A DNA stretch of 64,000 bases, from contig JAXLNO010000051.1 of assembly GCA_038087875.1 (NCBI GenBank), forward strand, positions 558,001 through 622,000, read 5' to 3'. Shown piece after piece: positions 23,480 through 35,135 of the stretch (the stretch's first letter is position 1; each line of letters starts with the position of its first letter). Made by a program: the position numbers and the translations under genes. Source of the DNA: Malacoraja senta. Its lineage: Eukaryota. The notes beneath the pieces are model-generated. The model was not told the DNA's origin. It was given only the letters and a program-made list of their open reading frames with translations, and did not search any database.

Positions 23480-25475
23480 ATAGAAACATGGAAACATAGA
23501 AAATAGGTGCAGGAGTAGGCCATTCGGCCGTTCGAGCCTGCACCGCAATTCAATATGATCATGGCTGATCATCCAACTCAGTATCCTGTACCAGCCTTCT
23601 CTCCATACCCCTGATCACTTTAGCCACAAGGGCCACATCTAACTCCCTCTTAAATATAGCCAATTAACTGGCCTCAACTACTTTCTGTGGCAGAGAATTC
23701 CACAGATTCACCACTCTCTGCGTGAAAAACAAAATTCTCATCTCGGTCCTAAAAGACTTCCCCCTTATCATTAAACTGTGACCCCTTGTTCTGGACTTCC
23801 CCAACTTCGTGAACAATCTTCTTGCATCAAGCCTGTCCAACTCCTTAAGAATTTTGTACGTTTCTATAAGATCCCCTTACGTTCTAAATTCCAGCGAGTA
23901 CAAGCCGATCTATCCAGTCTTTCTTCATATGAAAGTCCTGCCATCCCAGGAATCAGTCTGGTGAACCTTCTCTGTACTCCCTCTATGGCAAGAATGTCTT
24001 TCCTCAGATTAGGAGACCAAAACTGTACGCAATACTCCAGGTGAGACCAAAACTGTACGCAATACTCATTGGCTATATTTAAGAGGGAGCTAGATGTGGC
24101 CCTTGTGGCTAAAGGGATCAGAGGGTATGGAGAGAAGGCAGGTACGGGATACTGAGTTGCATGATCAGCCATGATCATATTGAATGGCGGTGCAGGCTCG
24201 AAGTGCCGAATGGCCTACTCCTGCACCTAATTTCTATGTTTCTATGTGTGGTCTCACCAAGGCCCTGTACAACTGCAGTAGAACCTCCCTGCTCCTATGC
24301 TCAAATCATTTTGCTATGAATGCTAACATACCATTTGCTTTCTTCACTGCCTGCTGCACCTGCATGCCTACTTTCAATGACTGGTGTACCATAACACCCA
24401 GGTCTCGTTGCATCTCCCCTTTTCCTAATCGGCCGCCATTCAGATAATAGTCTACTTTCCTGTTTTTGCCACCAAAGTGGATAACCTCACATTTATCCAC
24501 ATTATACTGCATCTGCCATGCATTTGCCCACTCACCCAACCTATCCGTCACCTTGCAGCCTCCTAGCATCCTCCTCACAGCTAACACTGCCCCCCAACTT
24601 GGAGATGTTGCATTCAATTCCCTCGTCCAAATCATTAATACATATTGTAAATAGCTGGGGTCCTAGCACTGAGACTTGCGGTACCCCACTAGTCACTGCC
24701 TGCCATTCTGAAAAGGACCCGTTTACTCCTACTCTTTGCTTCCTGTCTGCCAGTCAGTTCTCTATCCACATCAATACTGAACCCCCAATACCTTGTGCTG
24801 TAAGTTTGCATACTAATCTCTTATGTGGGACCTTGTCGAAAGCCTTCTGAAAGTCTAGATATAACACATCCACTTATCCCTTATCCACTCTACTAGTTAC
24901 ATCCTCGAAAAATTCTATAAGATTCGTCAGACATGATTTACCTTTCATAAATCCATGCTGAATTTGTCCAATGGTTTCACCACTTTCCAAATGTGCTGCT
25001 ATCCCATCTTTAATAACTGACTCTAGCATTTTCCCCTCTACCGATGTTAGACTAACTGGACTGTAATTCCCCGTTTTCTCTCTCCCTCCCTTTTAAAAAG
25101 TGGTGTTACATTAGCTACCCTCCAATCCTCAGAAACTACTCCAGAATCTAAAGAGTTTTGAAAAATTATCACTAATGCATCCACTATTTCTGGGGATACT
25201 TCCTTAAGCACTCTGGGATGCAGCCTATCTGGCCCTGAGGATTTATTGGCCTTTAATCCATTCAATTTACCTAACACCATTTCCCGACTAACCTGGATTT
25301 CACTCAGTTCCTCCATCTCAATTGACCTCCTGTCCCCCGCTGCTTCCGGCAGATTATTTATGTCTTCTTTAGTGAAGACAGAACCAAAGTAGTTATTGGT
25401 CTGCCATGTCCTTGTTCCCCATGATCAATTCACTTGTTTCTGAATGCAAGGGACCTACATTTGTTTTAACTAATC
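23480..25475 (-). mobile_element. CR1 LINE ORF2 (RT to 3' end), internally deleted, with an antisense 3'-end copy at 24068-24245
   Basis: KSSGPDRLHPRVLKE...WRVANVTPLFK; WQMQYNVDKCEVIHFG; RDLGVMV; HLEYCVQFWSP; (CATAGAAA)-type tail. Confidence 0.9.
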
Positions 25476-25564
25476 TACGCGCTGTATGGTACTTTGTGTT
25501 ATATATACATGTACCAGCTTCTTCCCAGATGTTATCAGGCAACTGAACTATCCTACCACAATTG

Positions 25565-25764
25565 NNNNNNNNNNNNNNNNNNNNNNNNNNNNNNNNNNNN
25601 NNNNNNNNNNNNNNNNNNNNNNNNNNNNNNNNNNNNNNNNNNNNNNNNNNNNNNNNNNNNNNNNNNNNNNNNNNNNNNNNNNNNNNNNNNNNNNNNNNNN
25701 NNNNNNNNNNNNNNNNNNNNNNNNNNNNNNNNNNNNNNNNNNNNNNNNNNNNNNNNNNNNNNNN
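25565..25764. other. Assembly gap (200 N)
   Basis: Run of N. Confidence 1.
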
Positions 25765-27888
25765 AAGGAGTGGCGAGGGGAGGATAGGTGAAGAGAGAGG
25801 AGAGGAAGGGAGAGGGGAGGAGAGGAGAGGTGAGGAGACAATCTATCACCTCCACATTACCTTTGGTTCTTGACTTGAGGAGGGGGAGGGGGGAGGGGGG
25901 TGTGGGGGGAGATGGGAGGGGGGAGGGCGGAGGGGGAGGGGGAGGAGGGAGGGGGAGGGGGGAGGGGGAGGGGGAGAAGAGGAGGGGAGAGAAGAGGAGG
26001 GGAGAGAAGAGGAGAGGAGAGGAGAGGGGAGGAGAATAGAGGGGACTGGAGGAGAGGAGAGCAAGATATGGGAGGGGAGGGGAGGTGAGGGAGAGGGGGG
26101 AAAGAGGAGTGGAGCAGAGGAGAAGAGCGTAGGAGAAGAGAGGAATGGGGACTGGTGGAGCGGAGAGGGGACGATGGGATGAGACGATGGGAGATGGGAG
26201 AAACGGGAGGAGAGTAGAGGGGAGGAGCGAAGAGAGGAGGAGGAGAGAAGTGGGGAATGGAGGAGGGATGAGAGGGAGGAGAGGAGAGGGGATCGGAGAA
26301 GGCAGAAGAGTTGAGGATAGGGGAGGACGGGGAGAGGGTAGGGGAGGAGAGTGGAGGCGAGGAGAGGGAAGACGCGGAGAGAGGAGAACAAATTAAATGT
26401 GAGGAGAAAAAAGGATGGGAGGGGAGAGGGGCGGAGGGGAGAGAGGAGAGGAAAGTAAAGGAGAAGAGAGAGAAGGGGCGGGGAGGAGCGAGGGGAGAAT
26501 ACAAGGGAGTGAGAAGAGAGGAGAGGAGAGAGAAGAAGAGATGAGGGGAGATGGGAAGAGAAGCGGAAAGTAGGGGAGGAGAGTGGAAGTGAGGAGAGAA
26601 TAGAGGAATGGAGAGGAGAGGGGAAAGGAGAGGAGAGCGGAAAGGAGAGGGGAGGAGATGGGAGGAGGTGAGGAGGGGAGGGGAGAGAGGAGGTGTGGAG
26701 AGGAGAACGGAGAGGGGAGAGGAGAGGGGCGGGGAGGAGAGAGGAAAGGAGAATAGAGGATAGGGAGGCGAGTGGAGAGGAGATGAGAGGAGAGTGGAGG
26801 TGACGAGAGGGTAGAGGTAAGATGAGAGGAGAGGGGGGAGAGCAGTGAGGAGGAGAGCAGGGAAGAGGGGAGGAGGGGAGTGGAGGAGACTGGAGGGGAA
26901 GAGAGGGGATCAGTGGAGGATAGGATAGGAGAGGTGAGGTGAGAAGAGTAGATGAGGGAAGATGAGGCGTGAGAAGAGGAGGGTGAGGAGTGGAGAGGGA
27001 AAGGGAAAGGGAGGAGAGAAGAGGAGAGCGCAGGGGGAAGGAGAGGAGAGGGCAGGATGAGAAGAGAGGAGAGGATGGAAGAGGAGAGTGGAGAAGAGGA
27101 GGGCAGGAGGGGAGATAGTGGAGAAGAGAGAAGAGGGGGAGAGGATAGGGGGGAGAGAAGGGAGGGGGTGGGAGCAGAGGGGAGGTGAGGAGGGTAGATG
27201 AGAGGAGACGGCGGGAGAGCGGTGGGGATGAGAGAGACGAGAGGTATAGGGGGGGGGGAGGAGGGGAGGGGAGAGGAGAGAAGAGGAGATGAGATGAAAG
27301 GGGAGGGGAGGAGAGGAGGGGAGAGTGGAAGAGAGGGGAGGGGATGAGAGGAAATGGGAGTAGATGAGGTGAGGTGGGGAGAGTGGGAATAGTGGAGCTG
27401 AGGGGAAGAGAGTGGTTGAGAGAAAGGTAGAGGAGAGGAGAGGACGGCAGGGGAGGGGAGGAGAGGAGAGAGGGAGAGGGGAGATAGAGGAGGGATGGGA
27501 GAGTAGAGAGGGGAGGGGAGGGGAGGAGAGGAGAGAGAATAAGGGAGGGGGCCATGGGAGGGAGGGGTGGAGAGGGGGGGAGAGTAGAGGAGGGGCTAGT
27601 AGAGGAGAGGGAAAGAAAGGAGAGGAGAAGAAAGGCGACAATCTCACCACCATATTACAATTATCTTTGTTGCTGGATTTGAGCAGACGGGAGAAGAGAG
27701 GAAAGGGGAGTAGAGAAGAGGAGAGGGAAGGAGCGGAGTGGATAGGAAAGAGAGTAGAGCAGGCGTGGGGAGTGCATAGGAGGTGAGAGTTGAGGGAAGG
27801 AGAGGGGAGGGAAAGAGATGAGAGGAGAGGTGGGGGGAGAGGAGAAGGAGAGGAGAGGGGAGGAGAGGGGAGGAGAGGGGAGGAGGGA
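25765..27888. repeat. Polypurine tract C with two conserved islands
   Basis: GA-rich on +; islands at 25837 and 27637. Confidence 0.95.
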
Positions 27889-29782
27889 TTTCAGTATAGG
27901 AGTAAAGATGTTCTTCTGCAGTTCTATGGGGCTCTGGTGTGACCACGTCTGGAGTATTGTGTACAGTTTTGGTCTCCTAATTTGAGGAAGGACATCCTTG
28001 TGATTGAGGCAGTGCAGCGTAGGTTCACGAGATTGATCCCTGGGATGGCGGGACTGTCCTATGAGTAAAGATTGAAAAGTCTAGGCTTGTATTCATTGGA
28101 GTTTAGAAGGATGAGGACGGATCTTGATTGATTATACCTTTAATAATCCTTTGCAGGAAATTGCAATGCCACGACAGCTTCAAGACAGACATAACACCAC
28201 AAATAGCTTCCATACTTAACAAGTTAAAATACAAGTTAAAATACAAGTTAAAATACAAGTTAAAATACAATTAATTAAAAATAAAGTGCGGTTATTTATG
28301 CGCATTATATAACCTTATCGCAGCTGGTAAACAGGACTTCCTATGTCTCTCAGTTTTGCACATTGGTGCAATCAGTCTCTGACTGAAGGTGCTGCTCTTG
28401 ATCACCTTCAGGGCATGGAATGGGTGAGTGCGGTTGGTCATTATAGAAACCAGTTTTTTCAGAGTTCTGGCCTCTGCCACCTGCTGGACCGTTCGTTGCT
28501 CAGCCCCGACCACTGAGCCGGCCTTCCTGATCAGTTTGTCCAGTCTGTTTTTGTCCGCTATGCGAGCGCCATCTCCCCAACAGGCCACCGCAAAAAAAAC
28601 AGAGCACTGGCCACCACTGAATGGTAGACACTGCACAGTAGGGGTTGGCAGATGTTAAATGCCCTCAGCCTCCTTAAAAAATACAGTCGGCTTTGTCCCT
28701 TCCTGTACACCGCCTCCATATGACACTTCCAGTCCAGCTCACTGTCAAGCTGCACACCAAGGTACCTGTGGTTAGCGACCACCTCCACCTCAGTGCCCTT
28801 AATGGGGATTGGTGTTGCTTGGGTCCTCCTCCTCCCCTTCCTGAAGTCCACAACTATCTCCTTGGTTTTTGTGGTGTTAAGATGGAGGTTATTGAGTGCA
28901 CTCCACTCCACAAAGTTACTTATTATGTCTCTATACTCCTCCTCATTGCCCCCTTTAATGAGGCCGACAACAGCTGTGTCATCCGAAAATTTCTGCAAAA
29001 AGCAGCTGTTGGTGTTATATCGGAGATCCGCTGTGTAGATGATAAACAGGAATGGAGCCAGCACAGTTCCTTGTGGAGCCCCTGTGCTGCTCAAGCTGGT
29101 GCTTGGGACATTGTTGTTCTGTAGGCGCACGTACTGTGGTCTGAGGGAAAGGTAATCCAAACACCACAGTACCAGTGATGGATCCACTTTCATCTTCTCC
29201 ATCTTCTCCCCTAGCAGTCGAGGCTGAATTGTGTTGAAGGCGCTTGAAAAGTCAAAAAAAATAATCCTTACAGATGCATCAGTAGTGTCCAAATGTGTGT
29301 ACACCCTCTGCAGCATGTAAATGAGGGCATCATCGACACTGATGTTAGGCTGATATGCAAACTGTAAAGGATCCATTTGATTTGACACACTAGTCCTTAT
29401 AGAAATATTTAAAAGTATAAAAGGACTGGACAAGCAAGAATGCAGGAAAAATGTTCCCAATGTTGGGCGAATCCAGAACCAGGGGCCACAGTCTTAGAAT
29501 AAAGGGAAGGTCATTTAAGACTGAGGTGAGAAAAAACGTTTTCACCCAGAGAGTTGTGAATTTATGGAATTCCCTGACACAGAGGGCAGTGGAGGACAAG
29601 TCACTGGATGGATTTAAGAGAGAGTTAGATAGAGCTCTAGGGGCTGGTGGGATCAAGGGATATGGGGAGAAGGCAGGCACAGGTTACTAATAGGGGACGA
29701 TCAGCCATGATCACAATGAATGGTGGTGCTGGCTCGAAGTGCCGAATGGCCTCCTCCTGCACCTATTTTCTATGTTTCTATG
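27889..29782 (+). mobile_element. CR1 3' fragment (27889-28125 and 29396-29782) split by Rex1
   Basis: CR1 'gaaggatgagg..ggatctt|atagaaa..taaaa' rejoins across the insertion; MFPMLGESRTRGHSLRIKG... Confidence 0.8.
28126..29395 (-). mobile_element. Rex1/Babar-like LINE, 5'-truncated (RT to 3' end)
   Basis: DPLQFAYQ...VDDAL...FFDFSSAFNTIQP...GAPQGTVLAPFLF..YT.D...KFSDDT...LNTTKTKEIVVDFR; (CAAT)n-like tail at ~28126. Confidence 0.9.
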
Positions 29783-30240
29783 AGGGGAGTGGAGGGGGGA
29801 GTGGAGGGGGGAGTGGAGGGGTGTGGAGCGGGGAGTGGAGGGGGGGTGGAGAGGATAGGGGAGGAGAGAGGGTAGGAGAGAGGGGAGGAGAGAGGGGAGG
29901 AGAGAGGGGAGGAGAGAGGGGAGGAGAGAGGGGAGGAGAGAGGGAAGGAGAGAGAGGTGTAGAGGGGAGGAGATGGAAGATGAGGGGAGAAGAGGGGAGG
30001 AGAGGAGAGGGGGAGGATAGGGAAGTAGATGGAAGGAAGGGAGGAGAGGAGACAATCTTTCACCTCCACCTTATTATAATTATCTTTGGTGCTGTATTTG
30101 AGGGGAGGTGAGAGGAGAGGAGAGGAGGAGATTTGGGAAGGTGATGGGAGGAGAGGGAAGGGAGAGGAGAGGTGGGGATGCGAGGTGGGAGAGCTGATGA
30201 GAGGGGAGGTGAGGAGTGCGGGGGGGAGAAGGGAGGAGGG
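29783..30240. repeat. Polypurine tract D with one conserved island
   Basis: GA-rich on +, including (GGGGAGGAGAGA)n; island at 30051. Confidence 0.95.
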
Positions 30241-30457
30241 GACGCGGGTGACGTGCCTCCCCCGACTGCCACCAGCACCTTTGGCGAAATCACCTATTAG
30301 ACCGCCGGTGATGTCACCCGTGACGTCTCCCACAAAGACTGTTGAACCACCGCCTGATATGATATCACCCGACCCTCCAGCAGAGGGCCTGTACCGTACG
30401 CGTGTGGGACGGATTTGTCGGCCTAACCCTAAGTACAAAGCCTGTATTAAATACTAA
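30241..30457 (+). pseudogene. Probable Gypsy integrase C-terminal tail fragment
   Basis: Pro-rich linker then YRTRVGRICRPNPKY, resembling the TRSGR..rpp.ry end of Gypsy pol. Confidence 0.45.
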
Positions 30458-30566
30458 TTACAGGTTAAATACTGACCAGACCTCGACTCGCCTCGACTAA
30501 AGTCCACGTCACTGAAACCAACCTCGCGCCCGCCTCCAATAACCAACCGCTGCCTCGTCCTCGCTC

Positions 30567-30811
30567 CCGCTATTTATAGACCTGGCCGTTGGCGGGGGGC
30601 GGGGCTTGAGTCAACGTCAACGTCAACGCGAGTGCGCCCCTCCCCTCCCCTCCCCTCCCCTCCCCTCCCATCCCCTCTCCCCCCCCCCAACGGCTCCCTC
30701 GGGCAGTGCGCCTGCGCCGCTCTCCGCGCTCGCCCTCGCCCCTCGGTTGGCGCCGCCAATGGCCCGGGGGTAGGTAGAGGGGCGGGGCAGAGCGGGGGTT
30801 ATAAATAGCGG
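30567..30811. promoter_or_regulatory. Candidate divergent (bidirectional) Pol II promoter in a CpG-rich island
   Basis: Outward-facing TATAAATAGCGG on both strands (30567-30578 minus, 30800-30811 plus), GC boxes, CCAAT at 30756, TGAGTCA at 30607, NRF1-like TGCGCCTGCGC at 30707. Confidence 0.5.
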
Positions 30812-32483
30812 TTCCTCTCCGGGGCCTGGGAACGGGGAAGATGCTACTTCTCCTCCTTCTCCTCCTCAGACCATCACAACCCCCAGGAAGCGGTGTCAGT
30901 GCGGAGTGGACTCTGGAGTGGATCACTGACAGTAATATTGATCTGGGAGGCCATTTTGACTATCTCCCTCATCCTTCTTTTTGTCTGTCTCCATCTGACA
31001 ACTTTCCCCAGCTTTGAGGAAAGAATATTAACCTCAAACATTCACCCAGTTTCTCGCTCCACAGATGCTGCCTCTCTTGCTGATTATCTTCAACAACATA
31101 TGATTTTGTTCATTCATGGTTTTGCAGCGGCCACTGGGTGCTGCTCGCCTGCTCCTGACTTCAGTGTGGGGGAAGCCCATGATAGTCACTGTCTTCATTG
31201 CCGCAAATGTAGACACTGATGCCTGTTGGCTGGAAGCTGCAATCTTGAATCTTGACAGGCACCATTTTGGGTCTGGACCTTTCAGGCAGATCATGCCCGA
31301 CCTGCACGTTAAATGCAGTTTCCTCTCTTACTGTGATATGGTTTATTATTTCTTAGAATCAAATGTTGATCTTGCTCGAATGCAATTAACAGCATTTTTT
31401 TCCACGCTTGAAAAATATTCTGAGTGAAGAAATATCTAATTTCTATCCTGAAGTTACCCTTTATTTTAAGTTGTTGACACTTTATCCTGGAATTGTCTTG
31501 TATTAAATAAACAATTGATATTTTGAAATCTGTTTTGAATGAATATCTGATGTTTACACGTTATGCACCAGGGTGTATCAGGTACAATGTTTGGTTTTCC
31601 AGGATGCTGACAAGTTCAAAGACAAGCACACACACTGGAAAAGACTGGCCGCCAGGATATTCTGCTATCATCACTTCTTCAAGCTCAAAGTTGAGCCGCC
31701 AGGGAGAAATCTGCACTGTCACCACTGCTTAAGGCAAATGTGAACTGCAGAAAGAAGCCTGTGATCACCACTCCTCCTTCGAAGATCACAGGACTAAGCT
31801 GTTGAGACAAGCCCGAGATCACCAGCATCTTGCCTTACAGTGCCAGAGACCCAGGTTCGATCCCGAATGTGGGTGCTTGTCTGTCGGAGTTTGTACCTTC
31901 TTCTCGTGACCTGTGTGTGTTTTCCCTGAGATCTTCGGTTTCCTCCCACACCAAAGAGCTACATTTTGGAGGTTAATAGTAAGATTAAACGAGAACTTAC
32001 CAGTTTGAAGTTTGATCTTTATTTTATGAGGAGTTACGTTGGTGATTACGTGAAGAAGACCCGTCAGGGCGCATGCGCGTCAATCTTCAAAGCAGCGGTA
32101 TGAAATCACAGATAACAGAATATTTGAAGTAACATAGTAAGATGATAAACATGAGAACTACCATGTGACCATGTATGAGAGAGCGGGTTGGGCGTGGTGG
32201 GCACGTAATCACCAACGTAATTCCTCTTAAAATAAAGATCAAACTTCAAACTGGTCAGTTCACGTTTAATCTTACTATTTTACTTCGGAGTCACATGAGT
32301 GATTCCGTGACGAGTTCAAAGCTCTGTGATTTTATGCCGCAGATTTAAATCCCGGCTTCTCACTGCATTGATTGACCGGATGAGAAACAATCAATAATGC
32401 GATAACATGAAATTTGAATATCATGCAGTGGCAATTGCTTTGAATAATCAAAACAAACAGTAACCCCTCTGTCCCAGGGGAAA

Positions 32484-33461
32484 CTATGCAGAACTGAATA
32501 CTGAATTTGCAAACAGCCCCCATCGGCAACCGCCCGATGGTAAAAATTGTTGAAGAACCAATTCACTTGACCACCCGGCGCCTGTAAGAATATGATCGAT
32601 GGGAACATCTATCGCCCTGGCCGCCGACCTTGCTGCTGCACTAGTGGAATACGATGAATACACGTCAGTGTTAATACCTGCCTGAATCAACACTTGCTTT
32701 AACCACCTTGAGATAGTCTGCTCTGACACTCTCTTGTGTGGTTTCTTGTAACTGATAAACAATACTGTTTCCACGTTTCTTAACGTCCTTGTAGCTTCAA
32801 TATAATGTAATAAATGTGTCCTTACACATAAACATGGATCAGTAGGTTTTGCTGAAAACACAATTTAAAAACCTGTGACACCTGGCTCTGTTTGAGCAGG
32901 TCGCAAATATATAACATAACAGTCTCTTCAGCCACGTCCATCCTGTCTAGCTGAAGCTTTTGCAAAATCTGCACTCGCTATGCTGAACCAATGCCATGAG
33001 CATTACCACCTTCATGGTGAGTTTTGTCAATTCAGAGACGTGACTGGAACCCACTGTCAAAGTATCTTGAGGACCACACTTACATCCCAGATCTTCATAC
33101 ACCTGAGTTTAGGAGGTTTAGAGTTGAAATTCCTTTCATCAATCGAGCTTTGATATGATGAAAACCCAATAGGAGCTTTTCCTGACCCCATCAAAACCAT
33201 ACGAGGACAGAGCACTTAAAGCTGTATTAATGGTGCTATAACTGAGCCCCTCTTCATCGTAGAGTGTCGACAGGAACTCTAAAATATCCACAATACCTGC
33301 AGTACTATAGTCAATATTATTTTGTAAACAATACTGCTCCCATTTTTTTTTACATAAGTAATATACCGCTTTTGAGTACTCTTTCTCCAGGCTGCAGTGA
33401 GCATGTCCACCGTTCGCCCAGACAATCCTCGCCCCATGAATGGCCTTCTTAAAACCTGCAA
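32484..33461 (-). pseudogene. DIRS-A tyrosine recombinase (decayed; HxxR motif reads YSTS)
   Basis: GLSGRTVDMLTAAWRKSTQKRY...LFISYKKPHKRVSEQTISRWLKQVLIQAGI...STSAA...ILTGAGWSS. Confidence 0.85.
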
Positions 33462-35090
33462 ATTAGCAAGTCAATACGATCACATAACGGATGACTTTCC
33501 CATGTTAGCGGATGCTCCAGTAAATTCCTATGCTTGGGAACCACCAAAGGAGGCTGGATCGCTAACTGTTACATCAAAGGGAACCATGCTTGAGTCGGGC
33601 AATTAGGTATTACAAGCACCCCCGAAGTGGCATCCTGCTTGATTTTTTGCAGACTCCGACCTATGAGGCAGAATGGTGGGAAAATATATAAAAACATACC
33701 ACCCCAATGTAGCGAGAAAGCATCAATTGCAACTGCCCCCTGGTCTGGTTCCCATGAAACATATTTAGGCAGCTGGTGGTTAAACCTCGCTGCAAAACAA
33801 ATCGATATCTGGCATTCATATATGTGCTATATTATTGAAAACCTCCTGGTTCAACATCCAATCTGTGTTGTCATGGAACTTTCGTGACCTGGCGTCTGCT
33901 ACCATGTTGAATCTACCTGGTAGATAAATAGATGAAAACCAAATATTTTTTTCAATGCACCAGGCCCAAATTTGATTAGCCAATCTGTCACAAGATACCG
34001 ACTTGATTCCACCGATGTGATTAATATATATGCCACTGCCGTAGTATTGTCAATCTGAAACTGAACATGCAGGTTACCTTTGTTAGAGCAATAAGCCTTA
34101 TCCATAAAAAGCTCTTAATAGTTAATTCCCCATGTTTGCAGAAGCGATGCCTCTTGCTCAGACCATCTGCCTCCACAGCTCAAACTCGTTTCCGTGACAC
34201 TCCACCCGAGTGCACTGACATTCATCTGCAAAATCATGGAAAGCTGGTCAAGCACTACCTTGCTAGAACTCCTGGACACATGGTGAATCCACAATTGCAA
34301 ATCAGAAACAGCCTCTGCTGATAACTGCATGGGTCTATTATAATTACCCGAATGTATCCTTAGTGCCTCCATTAGCTTGATACAGCTGTAAATTAGCTCT
34401 ACCATTTTCCCCTGGGCATAGTCACTTAATTGAATCAATTGTGACCCAAATAGTCAGGTGTTAATTTGGATTTCTCTGGATGAATAATGCCTCATCTTTG
34501 AAAATTGGATTTAACAACTACCACCGGTTACTTCAGCTGTTCTCTTGGATAGCCCTTTAATCAAGATATCATCGACATAAGCCATGAGCACCTGACCCTG
34601 GCTTCTCAGCATGCCTATTATATGTTTTAACAATTTTGTGCCTCAGGTGAATTTCAAATATCCTCTATCCTGCAAATGAACAGACATTGAGTAATCCGCA
34701 TCTTTAAGCTCTATAGTCACCATATAGCATCCTCTTGACCCAGTTGCTTGGCAGTGACAATTTCATCTTACAATGTCTATACTGCATCCCCCATCCTTTT
34801 TTGGCCTGAGAAAATATTAGACACAAATTGATGGGTTGGTGAACCGACTTTCCAATTACACCTTTATCACATAAGCGTCCAAGCGCAGTCTGAACCTCCA
34901 TCTGTTCTGTTAATGAAAACTGAACAGTACTCACAGGAACATGCTGGATGTGCAAATCACAATTTGGATTGAACTCCATTCGAAACTCTTGAATAACACT
35001 CAGTATAAACAGAGCTGAGGTAATTTGCTTCCATTCATCCCAGAACAGATGTAATGTACCCCAGATTTAAGTTTTGTCACATTTGATATG
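33460..35090 (-). pseudogene. DIRS-A RT/RNase H/methyltransferase-like remnants
   Basis: MAYVDDIL (~34570), QIDNTTAVAY (33899-34105), FNHQLPKYVSWEPDQGAVAIDAFSLHWGGMFLYIFPPFCLIGRSLQKIKQD (~33600-33800). Confidence 0.8.
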
Positions 35091-35135
35091 TGCACCTGAG
35101 AACCAGGCCCACCTACCTCCTTGGTACCTGGTGGA

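Noticed and set aside
25486..25873. ORFs spanning the N run
   Set aside because: Created by the assembly gap.
1824..30438. Long Pro/Ser/Leu- and Glu/Arg/Gly-rich ORFs (e.g. 1924-3009, 14885-16087, 16854-17915, 25846-27555)
   Set aside because: Artefacts of stop-poor GA/TC low-complexity tracts. Only the first residues of 1924-3009 are real Gypsy gag.
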